Of a DNA stretch of 32,000 nt, positions 16,140-23,594 are shown piece by piece (position 1 is the stretch's first letter; the number at the start of each line of letters is the position of its first letter). The translations under genes were made by a program, and so were the position numbers. The notes beneath the pieces are model-generated. The model ran no database searches and was not told the origin of the DNA. It saw only the letters and a program-made list of their open reading frames with translations. The DNA lies in the sequence record NC_016571.1. One strand, 5' to 3'. Source of the stretch: Pseudomonas phage OBP.

Positions 16140-16530
16140 TTTATCTAAACCATTTGTAGCTGATCGTTCAGAAATTGCAGCTGATGTGATTAGCGATCTT
16201 TGTAACCATATCGAACACGCCCAGAGCATTTTCAAACTGGCTCCAATTTTTCATATTGGTAAGTTCTTCTCATCTCTCGGAATGAAACTGGATATTAAGA
16301 AGGCTGTCTCTGTTTCTTACCAGCTGCGCGAAATCAAGTTATGGTTGGCGGATGGCCAGAGAAGTAAAGACTTCAGTGATACACATGAATTATTATGTGA
16401 ACTGAATGACCTCCTGGAAGAGAATAAGGAACTTCTGATCAGGGTGTTCGAGCCAGTTGCCATCGACTGTAATTTACGGGTTGATGGGACAGAGTTATTT
16501 AACGCAACAACTTATGGAGGGCAGATATGA
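16120..16530 (+). CDS. Hypothetical protein (136 aa)
   Basis: RBS AAGGA. Overlaps the previous gene by 20 nt. No motif recognised. Confidence 0.7.
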   Translation: MSNQKLDLSKPFVADRSEIAADVISDLCNHIEHAQSIFKLAPIFHIGKFFSSLGMKLDIKKAVSVSYQLREIKLWLADGQRSKDFSDTHELLCELNDLLEENKELLIRVFEPVAIDCNLRVDGTELFNATTYGGQI

Positions 16531-17081
16531 ATACACTTTTCTGGGCCGATGGTCATGTTGATCATTTAGCAGCAGCGAAACGTAGAGGGTTTGAAACTCT
16601 TCGTGAATTCCAGGAGAAGTTTGCTGATGGGTGGTGTAGCAAGGCAAACAAGAACTCTATCGTCTACTGTGTGGGTGATATGGCTCTCTTCCATGAGGGA
16701 TTAGTTTTCCTCAAGAAGTTACCTGGTAAGAAGATCTTGGTTATGGGCAACCATGACACCGAGCGTCAAAACGATACTCGCGATCTGTTAGAAGTTTATG
16801 ATGAACTCGCTGGGTTCCATAAACATAAGAAGTCCCCATTGTACATCGGACATTGTCCAAGTCACCCGTCCCAGTTACGTGGCCGACTAATGGTACATGG
16901 GCATACTCATACGGACATTATTCCGGATGAGCGATACGTTAACGTCTGTTGGGATTTACTCCAAGACGGCCCCGTATCGATTGAAGATATTGTGTCCGGG
17001 AAATATAAGTCCTGGCGTAAACCCGATTTATTTAAGGAGCATCAGCACCATGATAAAGTTCATCGACCGAATGTTAACTAG
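16527..17081 (+). CDS. Calcineurin-like metallophosphoesterase (small MPP family)
   Basis: RBS GGAGGG with an ATGA overlap. Ordered MPP motifs are present: ADGHVDH (D-x-H), VGDMAL (GD), MGNHD (GNHD/E), GHCPSHP and VHGHTH (GH-x-H). Confidence 0.85.
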   Translation: MNTLFWADGHVDHLAAAKRRGFETLREFQEKFADGWCSKANKNSIVYCVGDMALFHEGLVFLKKLPGKKILVMGNHDTERQNDTRDLLEVYDELAGFHKHKKSPLYIGHCPSHPSQLRGRLMVHGHTHTDIIPDERYVNVCWDLLQDGPVSIEDIVSGKYKSWRKPDLFKEHQHHDKVHRPNVN

Positions 17082-17259
17082 CCTATATATCTATAGCACT
17101 GCATTCTGGTTTATCTCTCTGGGTTTGCACATCTTTAAGCCAAGCCCTAAAACATCAACTTTCTTCTTTGATGTCGCTGCACCAGTGACGTTAAGTGTGG
17201 TGGCTATCGCTATGTGTCACTGGGCTTACCATTACCGGAAACTGTTGAAAGGTAGTTAA
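17050..17259 (+). CDS. Small membrane protein (69 aa)
   Basis: The ORF track (16897) over-extends into the phosphoesterase gene. The ATG at 17050 has AAGGAG 11 nt upstream. The product is MIKFIDRMLTSLYIYSTAFWFISLGLHIF...VTLSVVAIAMCHWAY, with 2 hydrophobic helices. Confidence 0.6.
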   Translation: MIKFIDRMLTSLYIYSTAFWFISLGLHIFKPSPKTSTFFFDVAAPVTLSVVAIAMCHWAYHYRKLLKGS

Positions 17260-17487
17260 ATGTTCATGCGCTTAATGAAGTTGACCTACATCCTGTTAAT
17301 ACTTATGTTTGTGGGTCACTGGATTTATCTGAACGTTGGAACCATGGATGAGGAATTCCGTGGGTTTTTATTTAAGGTAAATGTAATACTAGGAATTGCT
17401 ATTGCTTACCTAACCTACGCATTCATTATGAATAGCGTAGAAACAACCATCCAAACTGAAGAAGAGGATTTTCATGAAAACTCGTAA
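17260..17487 (+). CDS. Small membrane protein (75 aa)
   Basis: The ATG immediately follows the previous TAA. Two hydrophobic helices. Confidence 0.7.
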   Translation: MFMRLMKLTYILLILMFVGHWIYLNVGTMDEEFRGFLFKVNVILGIAIAYLTYAFIMNSVETTIQTEEEDFHENS

Positions 17488-17719
17488 CGGCGAAACCGGT
17501 ATCTCTAAACGTTTCAAGTGGATCTCCGGTATTTACACGGTAATCATCATTGCCATCATTCTGTACATCCTGGCTGCCGATTGGTTGAACTATGCGGCTA
17601 ACCCTACACTGATCAAATACCATGACAACCTTTTGTTCCCACTTTGGGTACTGATGGTCGGTTATGAGTTCGGTGTGCGTCGCACCTACAAAAAGCTAAC
17701 CGCCCGATGGAAACATTAA
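17474..17719 (+). CDS. Small membrane protein (81 aa)
   Basis: RBS GAAGAGGA. Overlaps the previous gene by 14 nt. Two hydrophobic helices. Confidence 0.7.
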   Translation: MKTRNGETGISKRFKWISGIYTVIIIAIILYILAADWLNYAANPTLIKYHDNLLFPLWVLMVGYEFGVRRTYKKLTARWKH

Positions 17720-17949
17720 AAGAACTGGGTAAACTGTTGGATGAGATGCTGACTAGATTGTCAGCACTTATCTTAACCGTTGCGCTTGCAGGAACATTGT
17801 TCTGGCCAATAGGACCAGAAGAATGGTGGGATCGTTTCCTCAAGTATGTTTACATGGGAGTTGGTGGCGTGGCGATATATTTGGTCGCCCCTATCATCTA
17901 CTATTTCTTTAAAGCAGCTTATTACGACTGGAAATTAAAAAGGCTATGA
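17707..17949 (+). CDS. Small membrane protein (80 aa)
   Basis: Overlaps the previous gene by 13 nt and the next gene by ATGA. Two hydrophobic helices. Weak SD. Confidence 0.65.
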   Translation: METLKELGKLLDEMLTRLSALILTVALAGTLFWPIGPEEWWDRFLKYVYMGVGGVAIYLVAPIIYYFFKAAYYDWKLKRL

Positions 17950-19124
17950 AAAAGTATAATCGTTATGAAGCCTGGTACATGGACCAACTGGGTAACATCA
18001 TTGAGAACGGGCAACGTCGTGGGGATCGTACAGGGACTGGTGTTATTTCACAGCCAAACCTCAGTTACACCCATGACCTCCGTGAGTCGTACCCATTGAT
18101 GTTTGGTCGTCAGTTTGTTTATGATCAACCCATCACTGAAATGATCTGGATGATGTCGGGTAGCTCCAATATCCAATATCTGAAAGATAACGGTTGTCCT
18201 TTCTGGAATGGCTTTGCTGTTAAAGATGGTCAGGTGACTGAAGCTGATCTGACCCGCATGGAACGACTAAAGATCTTGGCTGACCAACGTGGGATGCCAT
18301 TGAGTCAAGTCGGTACCTTATTCGGTAACATCCCTCTTGCAGAGATCGATGAAGAACTGGATAAGCAGCAGATTCCAAATATGGTAAATGCTGCTGTGGG
18401 TAAGATTGGTGAATTAGGTCCTGTGTATGGGGTTATGTGGCGTTACTGGCCAAACCCTGATGGAACTACATTCGATCAGTTGGCGTACGCTCTGCGCGAG
18501 CTACAAAAGAACCCTAACAACCGTCGTATAGTAGTAGACTGCTGGAACCCAAGTTTCTTACCTGATCCGAAGATCAAACCCGCCGATAACGCAGCAAAAG
18601 GTAAAATGGCATTAACACCGTGTCACTTTGCTTTTGGTTTCTACACATGGGAAATTCCTTTCCATGAGCGGGCTGAACTTCTGATTAAAGAAATGGGTGC
18701 CGAAGGTAATAAATTCTACCCAATCCGTAACGAAGATCGTTCCGATTACGAACTTTTGTTTGAGATTCACGGTATCCCTGAGTATTACCTGGATATCAAC
18801 TTTACCATGCGTAGTAATGACTGGATTCTCGGTCAACCTGCTAACATGAACATGTATTCTGCAATGAACATTATGTTCGCCCAGCAGTGTAACATGGTTC
18901 CTCGCTTCGTTAACTATACGGGCTGGGATTCTCATGTTTACACCAACCATCTGGAAGGTGCTGCTGAATTGCAGAAACGTTGGGAAAGTGGGATTTACAA
19001 ATACCAGACTGTTGGGATGCATACCAATAAAAAGGATGACCTCTTTGGTTACCATAAGTCTGATTTCCAATTAATCGGTGACTATAATCCTGGAGAAAAG
19101 ATTAAGTTCCCAATCGCAATTTAA
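17946..19124 (+). CDS. thyA: Thymidylate synthase (ThyA family), unusually long at 392 aa
   Basis: ThyA motifs occur in order: RGDRTGTG, YGVMWRYW, NRRIVVDCWNPS, LTPCHFAFGFY (catalytic Cys), MRSNDWILGQPANMNMYS (the dUMP-selecting Asn is retained) and GWDSHVYTNH. Two insertions of roughly 50-65 aa each are present relative to the ~264-aa bacterial enzymes. Confidence 0.9.
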   Translation: MKKYNRYEAWYMDQLGNIIENGQRRGDRTGTGVISQPNLSYTHDLRESYPLMFGRQFVYDQPITEMIWMMSGSSNIQYLKDNGCPFWNGFAVKDGQVTEADLTRMERLKILADQRGMPLSQVGTLFGNIPLAEIDEELDKQQIPNMVNAAVGKIGELGPVYGVMWRYWPNPDGTTFDQLAYALRELQKNPNNRRIVVDCWNPSFLPDPKIKPADNAAKGKMALTPCHFAFGFYTWEIPFHERAELLIKEMGAEGNKFYPIRNEDRSDYELLFEIHGIPEYYLDINFTMRSNDWILGQPANMNMYSAMNIMFAQQCNMVPRFVNYTGWDSHVYTNHLEGAAELQKRWESGIYKYQTVGMHTNKKDDLFGYHKSDFQLIGDYNPGEKIKFPIAI

Positions 19125-19132
19125 TTAACTAG

Positions 19133-19160
19133 GAACAGGGATCCATTAGGGTCCTTGTTC
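19133..19160 (+). terminator. Hairpin after thyA; weak terminator or attenuator
   Basis: 12-bp stem GAACAGGGATCC / GGGTCCTTGTTC (two G-U pairs) with loop ATTA. It is followed only by TTGAGGTATT, so the U-tract is poor. Confidence 0.35.
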
Positions 19161-19174
19161 TTGAGGTATTGCAG

Positions 19175-19450
19175 ATGGACGTCTTACACGAAATTATAAC
19201 ACTCTGTACTGAAAACCCAGACGTAGCTTTTAACATGATCGTTTCAGTCATCTTCTTTTTAGGAATGGTTGATACAGTTCATGAATATAGTTATCCTGGT
19301 GGTATCCCTGCGCGTGACCGTAACTTAGCCGGATATAAATTAAAAGCAGTCGGCTTCTTTACATTGATGTATATTGGTAATACTTTCCGCTACTTCGTTA
19401 TCGCCGTTGCGGTAGTCTCCGTAGTCTCAACTATCTATCTCATTATGTAA
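19175..19450 (+). CDS. Membrane protein (91 aa)
   Basis: The ATG at 19175 has GAGG 8 nt upstream. The ORF-track start at 19169 is TTG. Three hydrophobic segments. Confidence 0.7.
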   Translation: MDVLHEIITLCTENPDVAFNMIVSVIFFLGMVDTVHEYSYPGGIPARDRNLAGYKLKAVGFFTLMYIGNTFRYFVIAVAVVSVVSTIYLIM

Positions 19451-19459
19451 GGAATTAAA

Positions 19460-20350
19460 ATGGATCTCCAAGATATTAAAAACGTTGCTGGTGTGGCTTA
19501 TGTACAAACTCGCCTGCAAGCGTTGCTGGAACAGCTGAACCCATTGATCTTCTCGATCAACGAACCTATCGTCGTTGACGGGATGTGCGGGAATAATACA
19601 ATCCAAGCATTAAGTAAGTTAGCTCATTTCTATTATGGTGTACATGTCGCACACCCAGCTATACACGAATATGTATATGGAATGAACACCATACAGCAGT
19701 GGTACCGGAATTTCCATCATCAGGTCAGTGTGAATAATGTCACCACTATTGCTGATTTTGGTATTGCTTTCCACGATCCGGAAATGGATGGTAAATGGGG
19801 TAAGGATACCAAGGCATGTTTCGACATTATCTTCTCCGACATCGCAGTGGGTAAGAGAAAAACCGGTGGGGCGGATCCTAACAAACACGCCTTCCATACA
19901 TTTTCTGTGGCCAGTCAGAATGACTCTAAATGGGTAGTGGAATCTGAAGCATTACTTCGTAGTGCATTGGCGGTACCTGTAAACACCATGGTTTCTGTCT
20001 CTCTACTTACGCCTTACAACGTGGTTATCTTTGCGCGCGATATCTACGAAGGTAAACCACGTGGTGTTCTTGTTGCTCGTAAAATAACTGGTAACTGCTC
20101 AGTATCCAAGTTTGCCCAAGACGAATTATTCATTACTGGCCTGCACGTTAATCCTGATCTTGAGTGGGACGATGTTGCAGAAGGAATGATTAGTAAACTC
20201 CTGGAGGTGAGTAAATTTGGGGGAGTTAAGGAAATATCACACGCTCAAACTTTCCAGCGTGGTCCCATGTCTAAAAGAACAGAAGAACTTTTAGTCTCTA
20301 AGTTCTCATTCTACAAAACAGGTCACGGAACAGTAACGCGACGTGGTTAA
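19460..20350 (+). CDS. Hypothetical protein (296 aa): two peptidoglycan-binding-like repeats plus a C-terminal domain with a degenerate GNAT-like pattern
   Basis: RBS AAGGAA. VAGVAYVQTRLQALLEQL...VVDGMCGNNTIQALSKLAHFY and IQQWYRNF...MDGKWGKDTKACFDIIF fit the V..lQ..L...DG.fG..T..A pattern of PG_binding_1. The C-terminal ITGLHVNPDLEWDDVAEGMISKLLE is only loosely GNAT-like. Confidence 0.75.
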   Translation: MDLQDIKNVAGVAYVQTRLQALLEQLNPLIFSINEPIVVDGMCGNNTIQALSKLAHFYYGVHVAHPAIHEYVYGMNTIQQWYRNFHHQVSVNNVTTIADFGIAFHDPEMDGKWGKDTKACFDIIFSDIAVGKRKTGGADPNKHAFHTFSVASQNDSKWVVESEALLRSALAVPVNTMVSVSLLTPYNVVIFARDIYEGKPRGVLVARKITGNCSVSKFAQDELFITGLHVNPDLEWDDVAEGMISKLLEVSKFGGVKEISHAQTFQRGPMSKRTEELLVSKFSFYKTGHGTVTRRG

Positions 20351-20357
20351 CATATTT

Positions 20358-20400
20358 CCCTCTACTCCTTAACGGGAGTAGAGGGTTATTGTTGTTCTTA
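20358..20400 (+). terminator. Intrinsic terminator
   Basis: 11-bp perfect stem CCCTCTACTCC / GGAGTAGAGGG (20358-20368 / 20375-20385) followed by TTATTGTTGTTCTTATTTTCTTTT. Confidence 0.8.
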
Positions 20401-20431
20401 TTTTCTTTTGGATTTCAGTTGAAATAGATTT

Positions 20432-20457
20432 CAGACCTATATTACCTAAGTGTAAAT
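20432..20457 (+). promoter_or_regulatory. Promoter-like motif copy 3
   Basis: cagaccTATATTACctaagTGTAAAT. TATATTAC is at 20438-20445. TTGAAA (20419-20424) lies upstream. GATTTCAG occurs twice just before the motif (20411 and 20427). The motif is 56 nt upstream of the ATG at 20513. Confidence 0.55.
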
Positions 20458-20512
20458 ACAATAAGTATTAGTTAGGCTAATACATTCACCTGCAAATTTA
20501 AGGAACAACATC

Positions 20513-20863
20513 ATGGCTAACAACTTCGCATTCGTAAACCACTATGAAACCCGTAACGCTGCTGGCGTTGCTTTCATCAAATCTCGTCTGGTTGCTCTGA
20601 TCAACTTCTCTTCTGAAGAGAAAGAAGATGAAATCGGTTCAGTAACTATGAACGCTATCCGCACGATCGCTCGTGTTGCTTTTGGTCGTATCCCATTCGG
20701 TCGCACTGAGTTCAAATCTAACTCAGTTGAAACCTTCCAGAACTGGTACAACGATTTCGCTGAAACTAACAATCTGAAATCCATCAAAGTTACTGGTGTA
20801 TGGAACGAAGAAACTCAGATCGCTTTCGCTTCTATCGCTGATAAGTACGAGGGCACTCTGTAA
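20513..20863 (+). CDS. Small protein (116 aa) consisting of two PG-binding-like repeats, paralogous to the N-terminus of 19460..20350; probably highly expressed
   Basis: RBS AAGGAA. AAGVAFIKSRLVALI...IGSVTMNAIRTIARVAF and VETFQNWYNDF...TGVWNEETQIAFASIA parallel the repeats of the preceding gene. Codon choice is strongly biased (GGT, CGT, ATC, TTC, GAA, CTG, GCT). Confidence 0.85.
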   Translation: MANNFAFVNHYETRNAAGVAFIKSRLVALINFSSEEKEDEIGSVTMNAIRTIARVAFGRIPFGRTEFKSNSVETFQNWYNDFAETNNLKSIKVTGVWNEETQIAFASIADKYEGTL

Positions 20864-20909
20864 TAAACAACGTAGTTAACTTAACCAAATTCTAATAAGG
20901 AATATCGAA

Positions 20910-21086
20910 ATGACTCCATTCATCAAATCTGTAATCATCACTGTAATTGTTATGGCTCTGATCATCATCGGAAATGTATTCGGTACTCCTGCATTCATCG
21001 CTGCATCAGTAGCAGTTGCCGCTATCGCAGTAGTTCTGTCTTACTATGTGTTTGATGGAATGATGGCGGCATTCAGAAAGTGTTAA
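20910..21086 (+). CDS. Small membrane protein (58 aa), below the ORF-track size cutoff
   Basis: ATG at 20910 with TAAGGAA 7 nt upstream. My translation is MTPFIKSVIITVIVMALIIIGNVFGTPAFIAASVAVAAIAVVLSYYVFDGMMAAFRKC, with two hydrophobic helices. It is followed by a terminator. Confidence 0.65.
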   Translation: MTPFIKSVIITVIVMALIIIGNVFGTPAFIAASVAVAAIAVVLSYYVFDGMMAAFRKC

Positions 21087-21093
21087 TAAGAAT

Positions 21094-21150
21094 CCCATCC
21101 TAGTTTAATACTAGCGATGGGATAACTTGTTTACTTTATTTTATTTTTGT
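21094..21150 (+). terminator. Intrinsic terminator
   Basis: CCCATCCTAG-tttaata-CTAG(C)GATGGG (21094-21121; 10 bp with one bulge) followed by the T-rich tract TTGTTTACTTTATTTTATTTTTGTTT. Confidence 0.7.
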
Positions 21151-21164
21151 TTCAAGGATCCATA

Positions 21165-21854
21165 ATGGCTAAGAAAGTTTTACTTGCAGTTGACATGGAT
21201 GACACGTTAACTGAAACTCGTCTTATAATACTGAAAGATATTTATAACCGACTTATCCAAAATGGTCGTTTAGCTGAAGCGACCTATGTTAATCAAAATT
21301 ATCACATCTCTCCTTTACTCTGGAGTAAAGAAATGTGTGATGTTGTTTATGAGTACGTAATTGAGTCTGGCGATTTCATGTGGTGTGCGTCGCCCGCTAA
21401 ATTAGTTAGAGACGGTCTGGCTGATTTACTGCGTGCATTCAGCGACCACCAATGGGGACCTTATTTTAAATCAGTTGTCTGTACGCACCGAGGATTCCAT
21501 AAGAGCGGGTTACTGGCGACAACTGACTGGCTGATTCGTCACAACTGTGACGATGTGTTCTCTGAAGTTCATGCGTTAGATCCCAAAGAACATCCTAACA
21601 AGATTGACTTCTTGCGGAAAGTTTATCCTGATTACGAAATTCTGTTATTGGATGACAATCCATTCCATGATCCGCATCTGGTTCATCCATACTCAGATGA
21701 AGTTCTGATTGTTGAAACAGAGCACGCCCTTCCTGGTTACGTTAATCAGGAGAAGTTTACAGACCTGGACGATCTGAAAGTCCGTATCATCCGCAAGATG
21801 TTTGGTCGGCGTGGATACGAGAAACTCATTAAACAGTATGCTGATATCGCATAA
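21165..21854 (+). CDS. HAD-superfamily phosphatase, probably 5'(3')-deoxyribonucleotidase-like
   Basis: The ATG at 21165 has AAGGA upstream. The ORF-track start at 21147 is TTG. HAD motif I is LLAVDMDDTLTE (D-x-D-x-T) and the late acidic motif is ILLLDDNP. The NT5C-type assignment rests on architecture only. Confidence 0.6.
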   Translation: MAKKVLLAVDMDDTLTETRLIILKDIYNRLIQNGRLAEATYVNQNYHISPLLWSKEMCDVVYEYVIESGDFMWCASPAKLVRDGLADLLRAFSDHQWGPYFKSVVCTHRGFHKSGLLATTDWLIRHNCDDVFSEVHALDPKEHPNKIDFLRKVYPDYEILLLDDNPFHDPHLVHPYSDEVLIVETEHALPGYVNQEKFTDLDDLKVRIIRKMFGRRGYEKLIKQYADIA

Positions 21855-21863
21855 GGAAACACC

Positions 21864-22346
21864 ATGGGTGTTGAAATAAGAATCCTCACTAATGATGATC
21901 TAAGAACTATTCCCACCAGAATCAGTTCAGGGATTATTAAGTTGGTAAAAGGATTAACAGAAGTTGAGCAACCTTTAACCCGATTTGACTTTGAGCGTGT
22001 CCCAAGTGAGGTTGCTACCTATGGGCTAGATTTCTATCTTGCTCCTGGTAACATAATGACCATTGCTTTAAACACAGTCACATCTGAAGTATTGGGGATG
22101 GTCATTAATAAGATCAATGACGTAGATCACTTGAAGGTATCTGCGTTATGGTATCTGTATATCGTTCCAGAGTGTCGTGGTAAAGGTCTTGGTAGACAGC
22201 TTATGGAATCTTCGGAAGAGATGTCTCGTCGCTTAGGAGCCAACTCAATGCTTCTGAGCGTATTACCCGATAACCTCTCTGCAATCGAGTTCTATAATGA
22301 ACTTGGTTATAAACCACAATTAATCAATTTAGCTAAGGATCTCTAA
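21864..22346 (+). CDS. GNAT-family N-acetyltransferase
   Basis: RBS AAGGAA. Canonical acetyl-CoA motif A is LYIVPECRGKGLGRQLMESSEEMSRRLG, followed by LPDNLSAIEFYNELGYK. Confidence 0.85.
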   Translation: MGVEIRILTNDDLRTIPTRISSGIIKLVKGLTEVEQPLTRFDFERVPSEVATYGLDFYLAPGNIMTIALNTVTSEVLGMVINKINDVDHLKVSALWYLYIVPECRGKGLGRQLMESSEEMSRRLGANSMLLSVLPDNLSAIEFYNELGYKPQLINLAKDL

Positions 22347-23056
22347 TGAACCAGACCTTTTATAAGGTAAACACCTTCGCATCTCCACTTTCTTATTCGC
22401 TGATTTTGGCTGCTGATGAACGTGGCGGGATTGGGCTTGATAATGACCTCCCGTGGAAACTGGCAGGCGTTAACAATAAGTCAGATATGCAATGGTTCCG
22501 TGATAAGACCAAAGGTAAGATCATCATCATGGGATATAACACCTGGGTGAGCATCGGCCGTAAACCTTTACCAGGTCGTTACAACGTGATCATTACTGAA
22601 AAGCACTATGACGAAGTCGGTAGTGATTTAAAGGCATGGGGTGAGGAATACTACAAAACAGAAAAGGGTCAAGCTTCACCGATTCACTCGGCTGTGTGTA
22701 AATCCCCTAGCCTTGCTGTCGCGTACCTTGAAAATACCTTAGGTTACGCAACCCGTGGTGGCGAGGTAATGGTTATCGGTGGTGCTCGTATCTATGAAGC
22801 TTTCATGGAGTACGCATCCCGCATTTATCTGACCACTTTCGAAGGTGAGTTCAAAGCGGACACATTTGTTAAACTGGATCTAACTGATTTCGAATTACGG
22901 TACCGTGATACCATGGGAGTACTGGATCCTAAGTTTGAGATTTGGGATGTTACTGAGCAGGTTGCAAAACGTCCAGATTCAGAGATCATTCAAATCTCTT
23001 ATGGTCTCAAAGAAGCCACAGGTTGGGTTGCTGATATTGTTAAGGATAAAGAATAA
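22346..23056 (+). CDS. folA: Dihydrofolate reductase, enlarged (236 aa)
   Basis: TAATG overlap with the GNAT gene. DHFR motifs are LILAADERGGIGLDNDLPW, DMQWFRDKTKGKIIIMGYNTWVSIGRKPLPGRYNVIIT and VMVIGGARIYE. It has an N-terminal extension of ~17 aa and an internal insertion of ~35-40 aa (EKHYDEVGSDLKAWGEEYYKTEKGQASPIHSAVCKSP). Confidence 0.9.
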   Translation: MNQTFYKVNTFASPLSYSLILAADERGGIGLDNDLPWKLAGVNNKSDMQWFRDKTKGKIIIMGYNTWVSIGRKPLPGRYNVIITEKHYDEVGSDLKAWGEEYYKTEKGQASPIHSAVCKSPSLAVAYLENTLGYATRGGEVMVIGGARIYEAFMEYASRIYLTTFEGEFKADTFVKLDLTDFELRYRDTMGVLDPKFEIWDVTEQVAKRPDSEIIQISYGLKEATGWVADIVKDKE

Positions 23057-23265
23057 TGTTTGTTATTCCAAATGAGCACGTTACTGCTGTAAAGGCAGAT
23101 GAAATCTTTATCGTCTCTAAAATGGGACATGGGCGTGCTTCCTTGTGTGGAAGTAAACTCACTCTGGATGTTCCAGGTGAGGGACTGTATCTGGGAATGC
23201 GCTTTACGGCTACCGCCAACAACAGGGTTATTCCTGTGAGTAAAAAGAAGCCATTGTTTAAATGA
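23056..23265 (+). CDS. Hypothetical small protein (69 aa), possibly a distant SGHA-family member
   Basis: TAATG overlap with the DHFR stop. HVTAVKADEIFIVSKMGHGRASLCG resembles the I..I/M-SGHA....C pattern at 11617 and 12374. Confidence 0.65.
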   Translation: MFVIPNEHVTAVKADEIFIVSKMGHGRASLCGSKLTLDVPGEGLYLGMRFTATANNRVIPVSKKKPLFK

Positions 23266-23274
23266 TAGTTGGGT

Positions 23275-23301
23275 GGGGAGCTTCGGCTCCTCATCCTTTT
23301 T
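23275..23301 (+). terminator. Intrinsic terminator
   Basis: GGGGAGC-ttcg-GCTCCTC (7 bp including one G-U pair, TTCG loop) followed by ATCCTTTTT. Confidence 0.75.
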
Positions 23302-23320
23302 GTCTTCCTTATTATTTTTC

Positions 23321-23345
23321 GGACAGATATTATCATCGTGTATAA
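23321..23345 (+). promoter_or_regulatory. Promoter-like motif copy 4
   Basis: ggacaGATATTATcatcgTGTATAA. GATATTAT is at 23326-23333. The motif is 33 nt upstream of the ATG at 23378 and 25 nt after the terminator. Confidence 0.55.
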
Positions 23346-23377
23346 GCTCAATAAAATTTTAATCTAAGGGTAATGAG

Positions 23378-23593
23378 ATGGAAAAGTTAGTCAACATTTT
23401 AGCGAGTCGTGGAGTTCTGATTACACTGGCGATTCTCATCGTGGTGATCAAGGGCGGAATGGCTGTATTCAGTAATCAGGGATTTAGTCTGGCTGACTTT
23501 GGTATTGGCGGGGTCTGGGCTTTCACTATTTACTGTGTTCTTAAATTCGCTGTTAATTTCGCTAAAGGGTATATCACTGGTAAAAGAGGATAA
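23378..23593 (+). CDS. Small membrane protein (71 aa)
   Basis: RBS AAGGG. Two hydrophobic helices. First gene of the unit that contains the protease and the chaperonin. Confidence 0.75.
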   Translation: MEKLVNILASRGVLITLAILIVVIKGGMAVFSNQGFSLADFGIGGVWAFTIYCVLKFAVNFAKGYITGKRG

Positions 23594-23594
23594 C

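Noticed and set aside
17946-19124. The ThyA homolog as a dUMP or dCMP hydroxymethylase feeding DNA hypermodification
   Set aside because: The Asn of the LGxPxN motif, which selects dUMP over dCMP in the TS family, is retained, so a dCMP enzyme is unlikely. A DHFR gene is present nearby; DHFR is needed only if dihydrofolate is produced, meaning true TS chemistry. No glucosyl-, amino- or kinase-type modification genes are visible in the window. A dUMP hydroxymethylase cannot be formally excluded from sequence alone.
7496-19124. Group I introns, inteins or homing endonucleases in nrdB or thyA, as seen in T4-like phages
   Set aside because: Both ORFs are continuous. NrdB has the normal length (377 aa). 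The extra ThyA sequence is in-frame protein sequence without intein boundary motifs or HNH/LAGLIDADG/GIY-YIG signatures.
23040-23351. Minus-strand 103-aa ORF 23040..23351
   Set aside because: It runs antisense across gene 23056..23265, the terminator at 23275 and promoter motif 4. It has no RBS.
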